Source: Candidatus Moraniibacteriota bacterium | Lineage (GTDB): Bacteria > Patescibacteriota > Minisyncoccia > Moranbacterales > UBA1568 | DNA length: 64,000 bases | Assembly: GCA_030648835.1 (NCBI GenBank) | Contig: JAUSGT010000002.1 | Coordinates: 309,458-373,457, forward strand | Direction of reading: 5' to 3' | Shown here: in pieces, positions 39,149 through 48,221 of the stretch | Numbering within the stretch: position 1 is the first letter of the stretch | Layout: each line of letters begins with the position of its first letter | Translations under genes and position numbers: made by a program | Notes under the pieces: model-generated | Databases searched by the model: none | The model's input: the letters and a program-made list of their open reading frames with translations, nothing else | Told to the model about the DNA's origin: nothing

Positions 39149-40069
39149 ATGCCAGCGGCTTTGTCGGTGAAACAACTGAGAAAGGTTTACCCCAATGGCG
39201 TGGTAGCGCTCAAGGGGATTGATTTGGTGGTGCCGGAAGGGGAATTTTTCGGTCTGCTCGGGCCCAACGGCGCCGGCAAGACAACCATCATTGGTATCGT
39301 CGTTGGTCTGGTCAACAAGACGAGCGGGACGGTGGAAGTGCTGGGACACGATGTGGACACGGAAACCAGTCAGGCCCGAGCGAGCGTCGGTATCGTCCCG
39401 CAGGAATTCAATTTCAGTATCTTTGAAAAAGTGATCAATATCGTGGTGGATCAAGCGGGGTATTATGGTATTCCTCGGAGTGTCGCGTTGCCTCGGGCAG
39501 AGAAATATTTGAAGCAATTGGGGTTGTGGGAAAAAAGGAATTCCGCAGCACGTATGCTTTCCGGCGGGATGAAGCGGCGCCTCATGATCGTGCGCGCTCT
39601 CATTCATGAGCCGAAACTGCTTATCTTGGATGAACCGACGGCCGGTGTGGATATCGAGCTCAGGCGGGAGATGTGGGTATTCTTGAAAGAACTCAACACG
39701 GCGGGGCGGACGATTATCCTCACGACGCATTATTTGGAAGAAGCGGAACAGCTTTGTCGGAGCGTGGCCATCATCCATCAGGGCGAAATAGTCGAGCAGG
39801 GTCTCGTCAAAGATCTCTTGAGTCAGATGCACATTGAGACATTCGTTTTTGATTTGGAAGCGCCGCTCACTTCTGAGGTGGAAAAATTGCTTGCGAACTT
39901 CGGCGTTCAAAAAGTAGATAGTCATACCATAGAGATGAGCCTCGGAAAAGATGAAACGCTTAATGATGCCATCGCGGCGCTCAATCGTCTGGATATCCGG
40001 GTCAGGAGTATGCGCAATAAGGCCAACCGTCTGGAAGAGCTCTTTCTCCATTTAACCAAAAAGATATGA
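39149..40069 (+). CDS. ABC-2 transporter ATP-binding protein (YadG-like)
   Basis: GPNGAGKTT, LSGGMKRR, LDEPTAGVD. Confidence 0.93.
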   Translation: MPAALSVKQLRKVYPNGVVALKGIDLVVPEGEFFGLLGPNGAGKTTIIGIVVGLVNKTSGTVEVLGHDVDTETSQARASVGIVPQEFNFSIFEKVINIVVDQAGYYGIPRSVALPRAEKYLKQLGLWEKRNSAARMLSGGMKRRLMIVRALIHEPKLLILDEPTAGVDIELRREMWVFLKELNTAGRTIILTTHYLEEAEQLCRSVAIIHQGEIVEQGLVKDLLSQMHIETFVFDLEAPLTSEVEKLLANFGVQKVDSHTIEMSLGKDETLNDAIAALNRLDIRVRSMRNKANRLEELFLHLTKKI

Positions 40070-40839
40070 CAACGAGAGAAATGTGGGTAGCTTATATGAC
40101 GATCGTGCGCAAAGAGAGCGTGCGGTTTTTGCGTATCTGGCCGCAAACGCTTCTGCCTTCGGTAGTGACGACGACTTTGTATTATGTGGTGTTCGGCACC
40201 TTTATCGGTTCGCAGATCAGAGGGTTCGGCGATTTCAGCTATATCCAATTCATCGTGCCGGGACTGGTGATGATGGCGGTCATTACCAATTCCTTTTCCA
40301 ACGTGGCCGGGTCATTCTTCGGTTCCAAGTTTCAGAAGTCGATAGAAGAATTGCTCGTTTCACCGATCACACCCTTTCTCGTGGTGGCAGGTTACGTGAC
40401 CGGTGGAATACTCCGGGGGCTCATCACGGGGGTTCTGGTCTTGAGCGTGTCGCTTTTCTTCACTCATTTGACGATCCATAGCCTCATTTTGACAGTGGTG
40501 TTTATTTTTCTCACGTCGCTTCTTTTCGCTCTGGCGGGACTCTTGAATGGCATCTATGCCAAAGATTTCGATGGCGTGTCTATCGTTCCGACATTCGTTC
40601 TGACTCCGCTCACCTACCTGGGCGGCGTGTTCTATTCCATCAGCGCCCTGCCGCCCATCTGGCAGAAAATTTCCTTGTGGAATCCCATCCTCTATATGGT
40701 CAACGGCTTCCGCTACGGCTTTTTGGGAGTATCGGATGTCGGCGTCGGTGAAAGTCTCTTTATATTAATGAGCTTAAGTGTGGCACTTCTTTTTGCCAAT
40801 ATCTATCTTTTCAAGACGGGGCGGGGATTGAGGACGTGA
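40066..40839 (+). CDS. ABC-2 transporter permease (YadH-like)
   Basis: R.W.QTL.P, FIVPGL.MM, TPLTYLGGVFYS, NPILYMVN.FRYG. Confidence 0.92.
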   Translation: MTTREMWVAYMTIVRKESVRFLRIWPQTLLPSVVTTTLYYVVFGTFIGSQIRGFGDFSYIQFIVPGLVMMAVITNSFSNVAGSFFGSKFQKSIEELLVSPITPFLVVAGYVTGGILRGLITGVLVLSVSLFFTHLTIHSLILTVVFIFLTSLLFALAGLLNGIYAKDFDGVSIVPTFVLTPLTYLGGVFYSISALPPIWQKISLWNPILYMVNGFRYGFLGVSDVGVGESLFILMSLSVALLFANIYLFKTGRGLRT

Positions 40840-40892
40840 GGGGGAAAAGAATAGTGAATTGTGAGTCAAGAATTAGGCGTTTCGCTACTCTT

Positions 40893-40992
40893 GTCATTCT
40901 GAGTGAAGCGAAGAATCCCATTGTTCTTAGATGATTTTTTGAAAGAGATCCCTGCCTACCGGCAGGCAGGCTTCGACTGTGCTCAGGATGAC
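40893..40992. repeat. REP-like element with nested CCTGCCTACCGGCAGGCAGG
   Basis: GTCATTCTGAG...CTCAGGATGAC inverted ends; nested palindrome at 40951-40970. Confidence 0.75.
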
Positions 40993-41064
40993 ATTAAGAA
41001 ATGTCAAAAGTTTCCTAAAAATAATACGAGGCAGCTTGCGCGGTTGCACAAACTGCCTTGAGGT

Positions 41065-41310
41065 TCAGTGACTTGAAGCGTGGTGGGTGGAGAGGGTTTT
41101 TCTGGTCCGTTTCTGTGGTGCTGTTTTGAAGTACTCGTAGCAACCGCCGCAGATGGCAAGGAGCAGGAGCGCCTGACCGAGTATGACCAGGTCGTTTTTG
41201 AAAAACTCTGGAGCAATCTCGGCATATTGGATGGCGCCGAGGACAGCGCTAACGATGGCGCTGGCAATCATTATCGCGAGCGGAACTTCTTTACCTGACT
41301 GAATTTTCAT
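41065..41310 (-). CDS. Small 2-TM hypothetical protein
   Basis: Two hydrophobic helices. Confidence 0.5.
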   Translation of the reverse strand: MKIQSGKEVPLAIMIASAIVSAVLGAIQYAEIAPEFFKNDLVILGQALLLLAICGGCYEYFKTAPQKRTRKTLSTHHASSH

Positions 41311-41347
41311 GGTTATCTCTCTGAGATGAAGGGTTGGAGGAGCAGGA

Positions 41348-41542
41348 TTAGTGCTGGCCTGCGAGCTTTGCAAGGCTTTCCAGCAGGTCGGGAATGGCAG
41401 GGGGCTGATTGAGCGGTATGCTTCTGATATTGACTGTATACCGTCTCCGGCTCATTTTGTAAGGTCGAGTTTTGCGATCAGAAAAGCGAGCAGGACGATC
41501 CATAGGTATCACCGGTAATTGGGAGTTGTACCAAGATTGCAT
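41348..41542 (-). CDS. Small hypothetical protein
   Basis: AAGGAGG SD; TTGACT-17-TATCAT promoter at 41594-41622. Confidence 0.5.
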   Translation of the reverse strand: MQSWYNSQLPVIPMDRPARFSDRKTRPYKMSRRRYTVNIRSIPLNQPPAIPDLLESLAKLAGQH

Positions 41543-41622
41543 CACAGCCTCCTTGACTAGGTTGATCGGGTTGGGAACGAACAACAACCGTGTATGATAG
41601 CACAAAAACGGTGAAAAGTCAA

Positions 41623-41765
41623 CCCCGCACCTATTTTGCCGTTCTCTCGGGTGCGACGCGCGGGCGAATAGCCCGGTCCTATTCGGACCAGCGTCGCTAT
41701 TTCAAAGAAGTATAAAGTGATTGAAAACATAAAACGTTATTAATGATGGCAAAATAGGTGCGGGG
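41623..41765. mobile_element. MITE, 143 bp
   Basis: Perfect TIR CCCCGCACCTATTTTGCC/GGCAAAATAGGTGCGGGG; TCAA duplication. Confidence 0.8.
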
Positions 41766-41966
41766 TCAATAGTACAGGTAGCGGGGTTGCCATTTTTTCT
41801 GCTTTCTGCTACTGTAGAAGCGTTGTAAGTTTTTCTTTCTGGAGTAACGCTCGACAGACAGAGGTTGCCAAATCTCGGATGTTCGTAGTAGGGCCAGGCG
41901 GAGCTCTTTTAAATGAGCTCTAGGGAAAGGTCACCTTACACGGTAATCAAGTTAGTAGATTCGAAT

Positions 41967-42314
41967 ATGGCAACCAAATTGTATGTTGGTGGCGTGTCCT
42001 ACGGTACGACCGAGGATAGCTTGCGTGAGGCTTTTGCCCAGGCAGGCAATGTCGTTTCTGCCAAGATCATTATCGACAAAATGACAGGCCGCTCACGCGG
42101 TTTCGCATTCGTCGAAATGGGTTCGGAGGAAGATGCCCAAAAGGCTATCGCCCTCTGGAATGGCAAGGAACTGGACGGACGCACCCTCACTGTCAATGAA
42201 GCTCGTCCTTTGGAAGAGCGTGCTCCTCGCACTGGTGGTTCCGGCGGATTTCGTGGTGGCAATGGTGGCAACCGCGATTACGGTTCGGGCAACCAAGGCG
42301 GAAGCCGTTGGTAA
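41967..42314 (+). CDS. RRM-domain RNA-binding protein with Gly-rich tail
   Basis: RNP2 LYVGG and RNP1 RGFAFVEM. Confidence 0.93.
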   Translation: MATKLYVGGVSYGTTEDSLREAFAQAGNVVSAKIIIDKMTGRSRGFAFVEMGSEEDAQKAIALWNGKELDGRTLTVNEARPLEERAPRTGGSGGFRGGNGGNRDYGSGNQGGSRW

Positions 42315-42361
42315 GTGAAAAACAAAAAAACACCCTCTCGCTTGTCGAAGGGTGTTTTTTG

Positions 42362-42874
42362 TTACCTGCGTTTTTTGAAGAGGAAACAGTCGAGGCTATG
42401 ATCGTTTATTATACCAACGGCCTGTATGTAGGCATGGCAGATAGTGGGGCCGAAGAACCGGAATCCGCGTTTTCGCATATCGGCGGAAAGCAATTTGGCA
42501 TCCTGGTCTTTCCATGACCACACATATTCGGAAAATGATCCATATTCTTTTTGGAGAGTGATAAATATCTGGGCATTGCTGATGGCCGCTTCGATTTTGA
42601 GGCGGTTGCGGATAATGCCGGCATTTTGCATCAGTTTTTTGACATCGTGTTTGGTAAACTGTGCCACTTTCTTGACATTGAAGTTGGCAAAAGCTTTTTT
42701 GTAGGCCGCACGTTTTTTGAGCACGGTTTCCCATGACAGTCCGGCCTGGGCGCTTTCCAAAATGAGGAATTCAAAGAGGACACAATCATCGTGAATCGGC
42801 CTGCCCCATTCTTCATCGTGATATTTTTCGTAGAGTGCGTTGCCTTTCGGCACCCACTGACAACGTCTTTTCAT
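42362..42874 (-). CDS. tag: DNA-3-methyladenine glycosylase I
   Basis: RC.W, YHDEEWG, LES.QAGLSW, IIRNRLKI, NDH..DC. Confidence 0.95.
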   Translation of the reverse strand: MKRRCQWVPKGNALYEKYHDEEWGRPIHDDCVLFEFLILESAQAGLSWETVLKKRAAYKKAFANFNVKKVAQFTKHDVKKLMQNAGIIRNRLKIEAAISNAQIFITLQKEYGSFSEYVWSWKDQDAKLLSADMRKRGFRFFGPTICHAYIQAVGIINDHSLDCFLFKKRR

Positions 42875-42984
42875 AAGTTTTTGAGCTTTCCATTTATTCT
42901 ATCATGCGTACTTGATTTCATGGTTAATAGTTGCTAGGCTTAGGCAGCGTATGAGAAAGACGTTGTTTTTTCTTATTCAAGCAA

Positions 42985-43075
42985 GGAGAGGTGGCTGAGC
43001 GGCTGAAAGCGGCAGGTTGCTAACCTGTTATAGGACCTTAAAATCCTATCGAGGGTTCGAATCCCTCCCTCTCCG
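42985..43075 (+). tRNA. tRNA-Ser(GCT); probable island integration site
   Basis: Long variable arm, anticodon GCT. Confidence 0.92.
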
Positions 43076-43123
43076 CATCAAGCATTTAGTATCGAGAGAG
43101 ACCCGAGAGCCTCGAGTTAATGT

Positions 43124-43834
43124 ATGAAAAATCAAGCACAGCACAGCCCCCTGGCTTTAACAACAAATGGCCTAATTGTGCCAGTTGGTTTTCCCGTAGC
43201 TTCATACGAATCAATCCACAGTATTGTAAGCACTGCTCAAGCGAGTCATTTATTGTATGAACACTACGCGGGAGCTTGGAATGCTTTAGCTTATCGTTTT
43301 AGGGCATCAATGGATCATGGTGATGCCTTCGTACTTCTGTTCAATAGTAATGGTCCTACACCTCCACCAGAAGAGCGGTACATGCAAGAGAAAGCCCTAT
43401 TTGATTTCTTTAGTGCAGGATTTTCGGTTTTTGAATCAACATTTTATGGTTTATATGTGATAGGCGCCTTTTTATCGCCCACTCTATTTTCTCTCTCATC
43501 CCAAAAAGAGCAACAGCAAATTACTCCAAACCGAACTAGAGATACATTTACCCGCGCATTTCCTTCCGATCCAATTTTGAATACCTTTTCAGCGCTGTTT
43601 ATGGATCCCGAATACCAAAAGTGGCGGGAAATTCGAAATGTACTTACGCATCGTACTGCGCCAGGTCGTCGAATATATGTAAGTATCGGAAGTGATGATG
43701 CACCACCTACAGAATGGAAGCTTAATAATAGCGTACTTGATGCTTCAATTGTGACAAATGGGAAAAGTGAACTTTCCCGTCTCTTAACTTGTTTATTAGA
43801 GGGCAGTGCAAAGTTTGTGGCAACACGATTATAA
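43124..43834 (+). CDS. Hypothetical protein, HEPN-like
   Basis: Helical protein with RxxxxH motif (RNVLTH). Confidence 0.6.
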   Translation: MKNQAQHSPLALTTNGLIVPVGFPVASYESIHSIVSTAQASHLLYEHYAGAWNALAYRFRASMDHGDAFVLLFNSNGPTPPPEERYMQEKALFDFFSAGFSVFESTFYGLYVIGAFLSPTLFSLSSQKEQQQITPNRTRDTFTRAFPSDPILNTFSALFMDPEYQKWREIRNVLTHRTAPGRRIYVSIGSDDAPPTEWKLNNSVLDASIVTNGKSELSRLLTCLLEGSAKFVATRL

Positions 43835-43848
43835 AAATATTGATAAGT

Positions 43849-44823
43849 ATGGCAAAACGTAACCTAATAAAAATTCCTCAAGTAATACTTGAACGTATTC
43901 GCACCTTTGATCAAGATGATATTGTGGTTGCTTGCGCTAAACTTCTCCGCCCGGAAGATATTTCGCGGTATGCTCATTTAGGGTTGGCGTTAGTGGATGG
44001 AAAATTGATCATCCCGTCACCTGCCATACCGAATCCAGACGCCGGTCGATATTCTAAAGCAAATGTTGAGGGGTATGAAAAGATTCGAAAGGATTTACCA
44101 AAAGTGCCTAAGGAATTTTCGTTTGAAGCACCGGATTGGGGAGATTGGTCGAATGGATCTCATACAGTTGCATGGACACGCAACGTTTACCGGAGAGACT
44201 TTTATCCTCCTAAGGAAGTTGAACTTTCGATTACGTTAGTTGAGGAAAAAAGCACAGGTTTTGTTGTGAAGTTTGCAATTGATCAAGTGATGAATCGAAG
44301 AACTGAAAACTTTGAACAAGAATTATTTTACAACCTTAATCTTCTCCAAGAAAATGTTGGTGCGGCAGATGTTTTCCGATATACGGCATCTTTAGCTGAT
44401 TACGCAGCTACAATACGAGTAGACTGGGTAATTTTACCACCCGGTACCGTTGATGAGGTAATACGCGGAATGCTCAAAGGGAAGAGTAAAATTACTCCTG
44501 CGCAAGAGGCTACTATGAAGGAAAGGGTGACGTTGATGTCTCGGCTTGAACCGGAAGTATATATTGCTGGTAGTGACGGTTTTCTGCGATACTTTGGTGC
44601 GAAATTTGGTGACGATTTTGTAGCCTTTGAAAATATTCGCTATGGCAATGCAATTTATGTTATGTACGATTCATGGGAAGAGCTAAGTAAAAAGAGTCGA
44701 ATTGACCTTTTAAGTGGTCCGCGTGACAGTTTCGATCGCATCGAACATAGGGATGGATGGGAAGAACGATTTAGTGCGATGGTTCAGGGATACCGTGATA
44801 AGAAAAAAAATAAGAAGTCTTGA
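43849..44823 (+). CDS. Hypothetical protein (324 aa)
   Basis: Long ORF with motif-like NLNLLQEN and FENIRYGNAIYVM segments; function not recognised. Confidence 0.75.
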   Translation: MAKRNLIKIPQVILERIRTFDQDDIVVACAKLLRPEDISRYAHLGLALVDGKLIIPSPAIPNPDAGRYSKANVEGYEKIRKDLPKVPKEFSFEAPDWGDWSNGSHTVAWTRNVYRRDFYPPKEVELSITLVEEKSTGFVVKFAIDQVMNRRTENFEQELFYNLNLLQENVGAADVFRYTASLADYAATIRVDWVILPPGTVDEVIRGMLKGKSKITPAQEATMKERVTLMSRLEPEVYIAGSDGFLRYFGAKFGDDFVAFENIRYGNAIYVMYDSWEELSKKSRIDLLSGPRDSFDRIEHRDGWEERFSAMVQGYRDKKKNKKS

Positions 44824-44897
44824 ATCTGGTCCGAGAGCCTCGAAATGAGCAATAAAAAAAACAGCAGTTTTTACCGCTGTTTTTTTATTGTTTAATT

Positions 44898-46247
44898 TTA
44901 TGACAAAGCAGTTTCATATTTCCTGAGGATTAATTTTTTCTCTTTTGTCAGAATGAGTCGACTTTTGAGACTAGCGAGCAATTCCCGCTTTTCAATCATC
45001 TTTCCCTCTTTGAGAATATATTTAGCATACGTGCGTATATCAAAGGCCTCTTTCTTATCGACATCACTTTCTTTGCCATCCATTCTAAGAACCGTATGTT
45101 GGAACTTGTTGTAGCGATCGACCTCTTCTTCAAATTGTTTCTTCAGTCCGATTTCATTGATATCAATCTCATCGATAACATGGAGCATTTGTAAGATGAG
45201 TGCCTCTTCCCGCAAATAACCAAGCTTGCAAGTAAGATCTCTTGAGCGAGTGCATCCGTAGTAGATATACTTTGTTGTGCTGCCGTTTTTCAGTTTCTTG
45301 TATTTTTCATCAGCCGTAATGCCTGATCCGCAGAGTTCGCAGGTGAGGAGTTTGGTGAAGGCGAACTCTTTGCTGTCCCGTGTTATGCGATCGCGCTTCA
45401 GTTGCTCTTGGGTAAGTTCGAAAAGCTCTTTAGTAATAATGGGTTCGTGCTTGCCTTCATACCATTTACCACTCCCTCTTGGAAATTCAAAGGGGCCAGA
45501 GTAGAAAGATGTCTGGAGTATGCGATAAATGTTCCCGAGTGAAAGATTTTTGTTACCTTTAGACTTGAAGTTGATATCAAATTTGAGCCAGTGATAAACT
45601 TTCCGCCCGCTCCAGCGTTCGTAAGCCACTCTTTCAAACATTTTTCTGATGACTGGTCCGCGCTCAGGATCAACAATGACTTGGCCTCTACGATCAGGCG
45701 AGGTGACATTGAGATACCCGGTTGGCGCGCACGTTGGCCACATGCCCATCTCACAGCGCATACGGAGACCACGCTTCACATTCACGCCTCGATTATCATT
45801 TTCCAGTTTCGCTTGTGAGCCGAGAATCATCAGAAGAAACTTCTCATTGGGAGAATTTGTGAAAGATTGTCCGAAGGTACGAATTTCTTTGAGCTGTTTG
45901 GAATCCATCAGATCCACCAGTGATCCGAGGTCACCAGCATTTCTGCTCAATCGATCCGGCGCCCAGGTAAGGATGCCATTGAATCGATCTTTCCTGATGT
46001 CCTCAATGAGTTCGTTGTATACTGGCCGTTGTCCTGAGTTTTTGGCTGAATGGCTTTCCCTTCGAATCTCTATAATCTCTAGTCCATCTCGCTCAGCGAT
46101 CTGGAGCATTTCCTTTACTTGAGAATCTATGGAAAGCACCTGTCTTTCCTCTGATTCACTGCTCTTTCGAGCGTAGAGGCAGTACCTCGTTTTTAGTGGT
46201 ATTTCTGCCTCTACAGCTATTCGATTGGCCGGACTGTGTATATTCAT
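44898..46247 (-). CDS. Large serine recombinase
   Basis: YARKS, DRLSRN, P.GY, G.HEPII, Zn ribbon (C..CG, YY.C). Confidence 0.93.
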   Translation of the reverse strand: MNIHSPANRIAVEAEIPLKTRYCLYARKSSESEERQVLSIDSQVKEMLQIAERDGLEIIEIRRESHSAKNSGQRPVYNELIEDIRKDRFNGILTWAPDRLSRNAGDLGSLVDLMDSKQLKEIRTFGQSFTNSPNEKFLLMILGSQAKLENDNRGVNVKRGLRMRCEMGMWPTCAPTGYLNVTSPDRRGQVIVDPERGPVIRKMFERVAYERWSGRKVYHWLKFDINFKSKGNKNLSLGNIYRILQTSFYSGPFEFPRGSGKWYEGKHEPIITKELFELTQEQLKRDRITRDSKEFAFTKLLTCELCGSGITADEKYKKLKNGSTTKYIYYGCTRSRDLTCKLGYLREEALILQMLHVIDEIDINEIGLKKQFEEEVDRYNKFQHTVLRMDGKESDVDKKEAFDIRTYAKYILKEGKMIEKRELLASLKSRLILTKEKKLILRKYETALS

Positions 46248-46363
46248 AGGTTTGTTCTTTACCCAATGAATGACGCAGACCGATGAACTAGTCCAGACCC
46301 CTCAAAAAGCCCTCAAACTGCCTATAATTTCACATTTTTGACAGAATGGAAGTGCACAAACAA

Positions 46364-47830
46364 TCATATAATCCATATCCTTGGTATGATCGGCGGATCT
46401 TCCATAGTGCTTAAAACGACGTTTGAAAACGCATCAGCAAGATCATCGTGAGCCTCAACACCGAAATGCACGATCTGATTAATTAACTCCTCGCATCCTT
46501 CTCGTGGAAAGAGTATTTTTCCGCTCTTGACTGCATAGGCTGTCAGTATGAGTCGCGTGCGCTTATCTTGATTTCCTGGTCTCGTTGTTTTGACCTTTCT
46601 GATACCCTCGCTTTGCAACTGTTGCGGTAGAGACCTCTGATACGCAACATCTTCAATAACAAATATAGGATGTTTGTCATTCTCTTTAAAGTAGGAACTA
46701 TCTATTGCTTTGCACATGTCCACTGTTTCTGGGAAATCCATCTTCCTATTTACTATTTGTGGCAAGATATATACCCTCAAATCTTTCCCGTCGCCATACA
46801 GCATTGCCGGTACCATGGCCGTATAATCCGCTGTGTCCTTTTTTGAGATCGCCAGGTCAACCCCGATACGCACTTCAACGTGTTTGTCATACCCTTGGCA
46901 ATCCTTTTCGCCATGCGGTAACTCATCATAAAATTGGATCCATTCTCGGTGAATAGCTTGTTCTTCATCGGCAACGATGTGAAGCATATATTCTCGCTCC
47001 CAAGCAAATTCGTTTCCCGCTTTTCTTTTTTCACTTTCAATATCTTCCATAGAAAGATATTTTCCAGGCCATAAAATCTCCTGACCTCTTATGATGGGGA
47101 ATTCTTTGAATACGCCATCGATTCTTTCTTTTTCTACATCTTCCTTGATTCGCATAAGAAGCGAATCTTCGTGAAGCAGATTCCCAACGATAACCAGTCT
47201 CGTATTGCGATCTCCTGTAGGAATAACTTCTGCGGTCAGCCACTGATATGTCTTATTTCTTCCTTCGCGAGTCTTGGTAGAAGCCATGTCTTCCACATCG
47301 TCACAGATAATAAGGTCTGGTCGATGTTGATTGTGCCGCAAACCACGGATACTTTGTTCGCGAGAAGCAGCTGTAATTCGGGCATTGAGTTGAGAAAATA
47401 CAAGAGACGATGAACCCCATTCATCGGACTCCTCACGAAATGGCCCAAGATCATTCTTGAGAGTCGCGTTATTCTCTAGCTCTTGCCGGAGGTTCATCAT
47501 ATGTTGCTTCGCCTGTGATTGAGTCTGGCAAAGGATGAGCGCAAATTTTTTCTGTTGTCTGCCAAGAATCGCCCAGATTGGGTAGGAGGTGGTAAGTATC
47601 GTAGATTTTCCGCTGCCTCGGAAAGCGACAACGAAGAAATTACCAGCATTTTCGTTTTCCGAAAGATCAAACATCTCTGCTTGGAACTGAGCGGTCGGGT
47701 ATTTAACGTAATGGGCGAAGTAAAAATGGAAAAAGTGCCAGTGGCTTTCTTTAATGATTGCCACTCTGACTTTTCGATCCCTGATCATCGCCTCCGCTAA
47801 CCCCGGGGTTATTGTCCTTCTGTTGTTCAT
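46364..47830 (-). CDS. Phage terminase large subunit-like protein
   Basis: Walker A FRGSGKST, RG....RPDLIICDDVE, GVDLA, DYTA, HDDLADA nuclease motifs. Confidence 0.88.
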   Translation of the reverse strand: MNNRRTITPGLAEAMIRDRKVRVAIIKESHWHFFHFYFAHYVKYPTAQFQAEMFDLSENENAGNFFVVAFRGSGKSTILTTSYPIWAILGRQQKKFALILCQTQSQAKQHMMNLRQELENNATLKNDLGPFREESDEWGSSSLVFSQLNARITAASREQSIRGLRHNQHRPDLIICDDVEDMASTKTREGRNKTYQWLTAEVIPTGDRNTRLVIVGNLLHEDSLLMRIKEDVEKERIDGVFKEFPIIRGQEILWPGKYLSMEDIESEKRKAGNEFAWEREYMLHIVADEEQAIHREWIQFYDELPHGEKDCQGYDKHVEVRIGVDLAISKKDTADYTAMVPAMLYGDGKDLRVYILPQIVNRKMDFPETVDMCKAIDSSYFKENDKHPIFVIEDVAYQRSLPQQLQSEGIRKVKTTRPGNQDKRTRLILTAYAVKSGKILFPREGCEELINQIVHFGVEAHDDLADAFSNVVLSTMEDPPIIPRIWII

Positions 47831-48221
47831 AAGATTGTGTCGTTATTTGATTTACTGAAGATAATCGCAGTGCTTCGCGAACGATCTCTTCCTGCTCTGG
47901 AGTAAGCACATCCTGAGACTGAATGTTGGCCGTTACTTCTACGCGCTCACGGAATTTCTGATGTCGGTGCCGGAGCCAGAAGCTGATCGCTTGATAACTC
48001 TTATCTCTGATAAGCGAAATGAGCTGAGATTCAGACATGTCGTTGATAAGCGCCTCGCCTTCGCTCAAAGCTTCTTCGAGTGATTGGCGAAACTTCTCGT
48101 CCTCATCTCGCCAGCGGTAGACGGAAGAACGCGCGACACCGACCTTTTCGCACGCCACCTGGATAATGGGAATCTTGCGGAGTTGCTCGAGAAATAAAAT
48201 CTTGGCTCGATCCTTTTTCAT
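47751..48221 (-). CDS. Terminase small subunit-like HTH protein
   Basis: ACEKVGVARSSVYRWR..D..F HTH and A..FWL motif, directly upstream of TerL. Confidence 0.7.
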   Translation of the reverse strand: MKKDRAKILFLEQLRKIPIIQVACEKVGVARSSVYRWRDEDEKFRQSLEEALSEGEALINDMSESQLISLIRDKSYQAISFWLRHRHQKFRERVEVTANIQSQDVLTPEQEEIVREALRLSSVNQITTQSYEQQKDNNPGVSGGDDQGSKSQSGNH

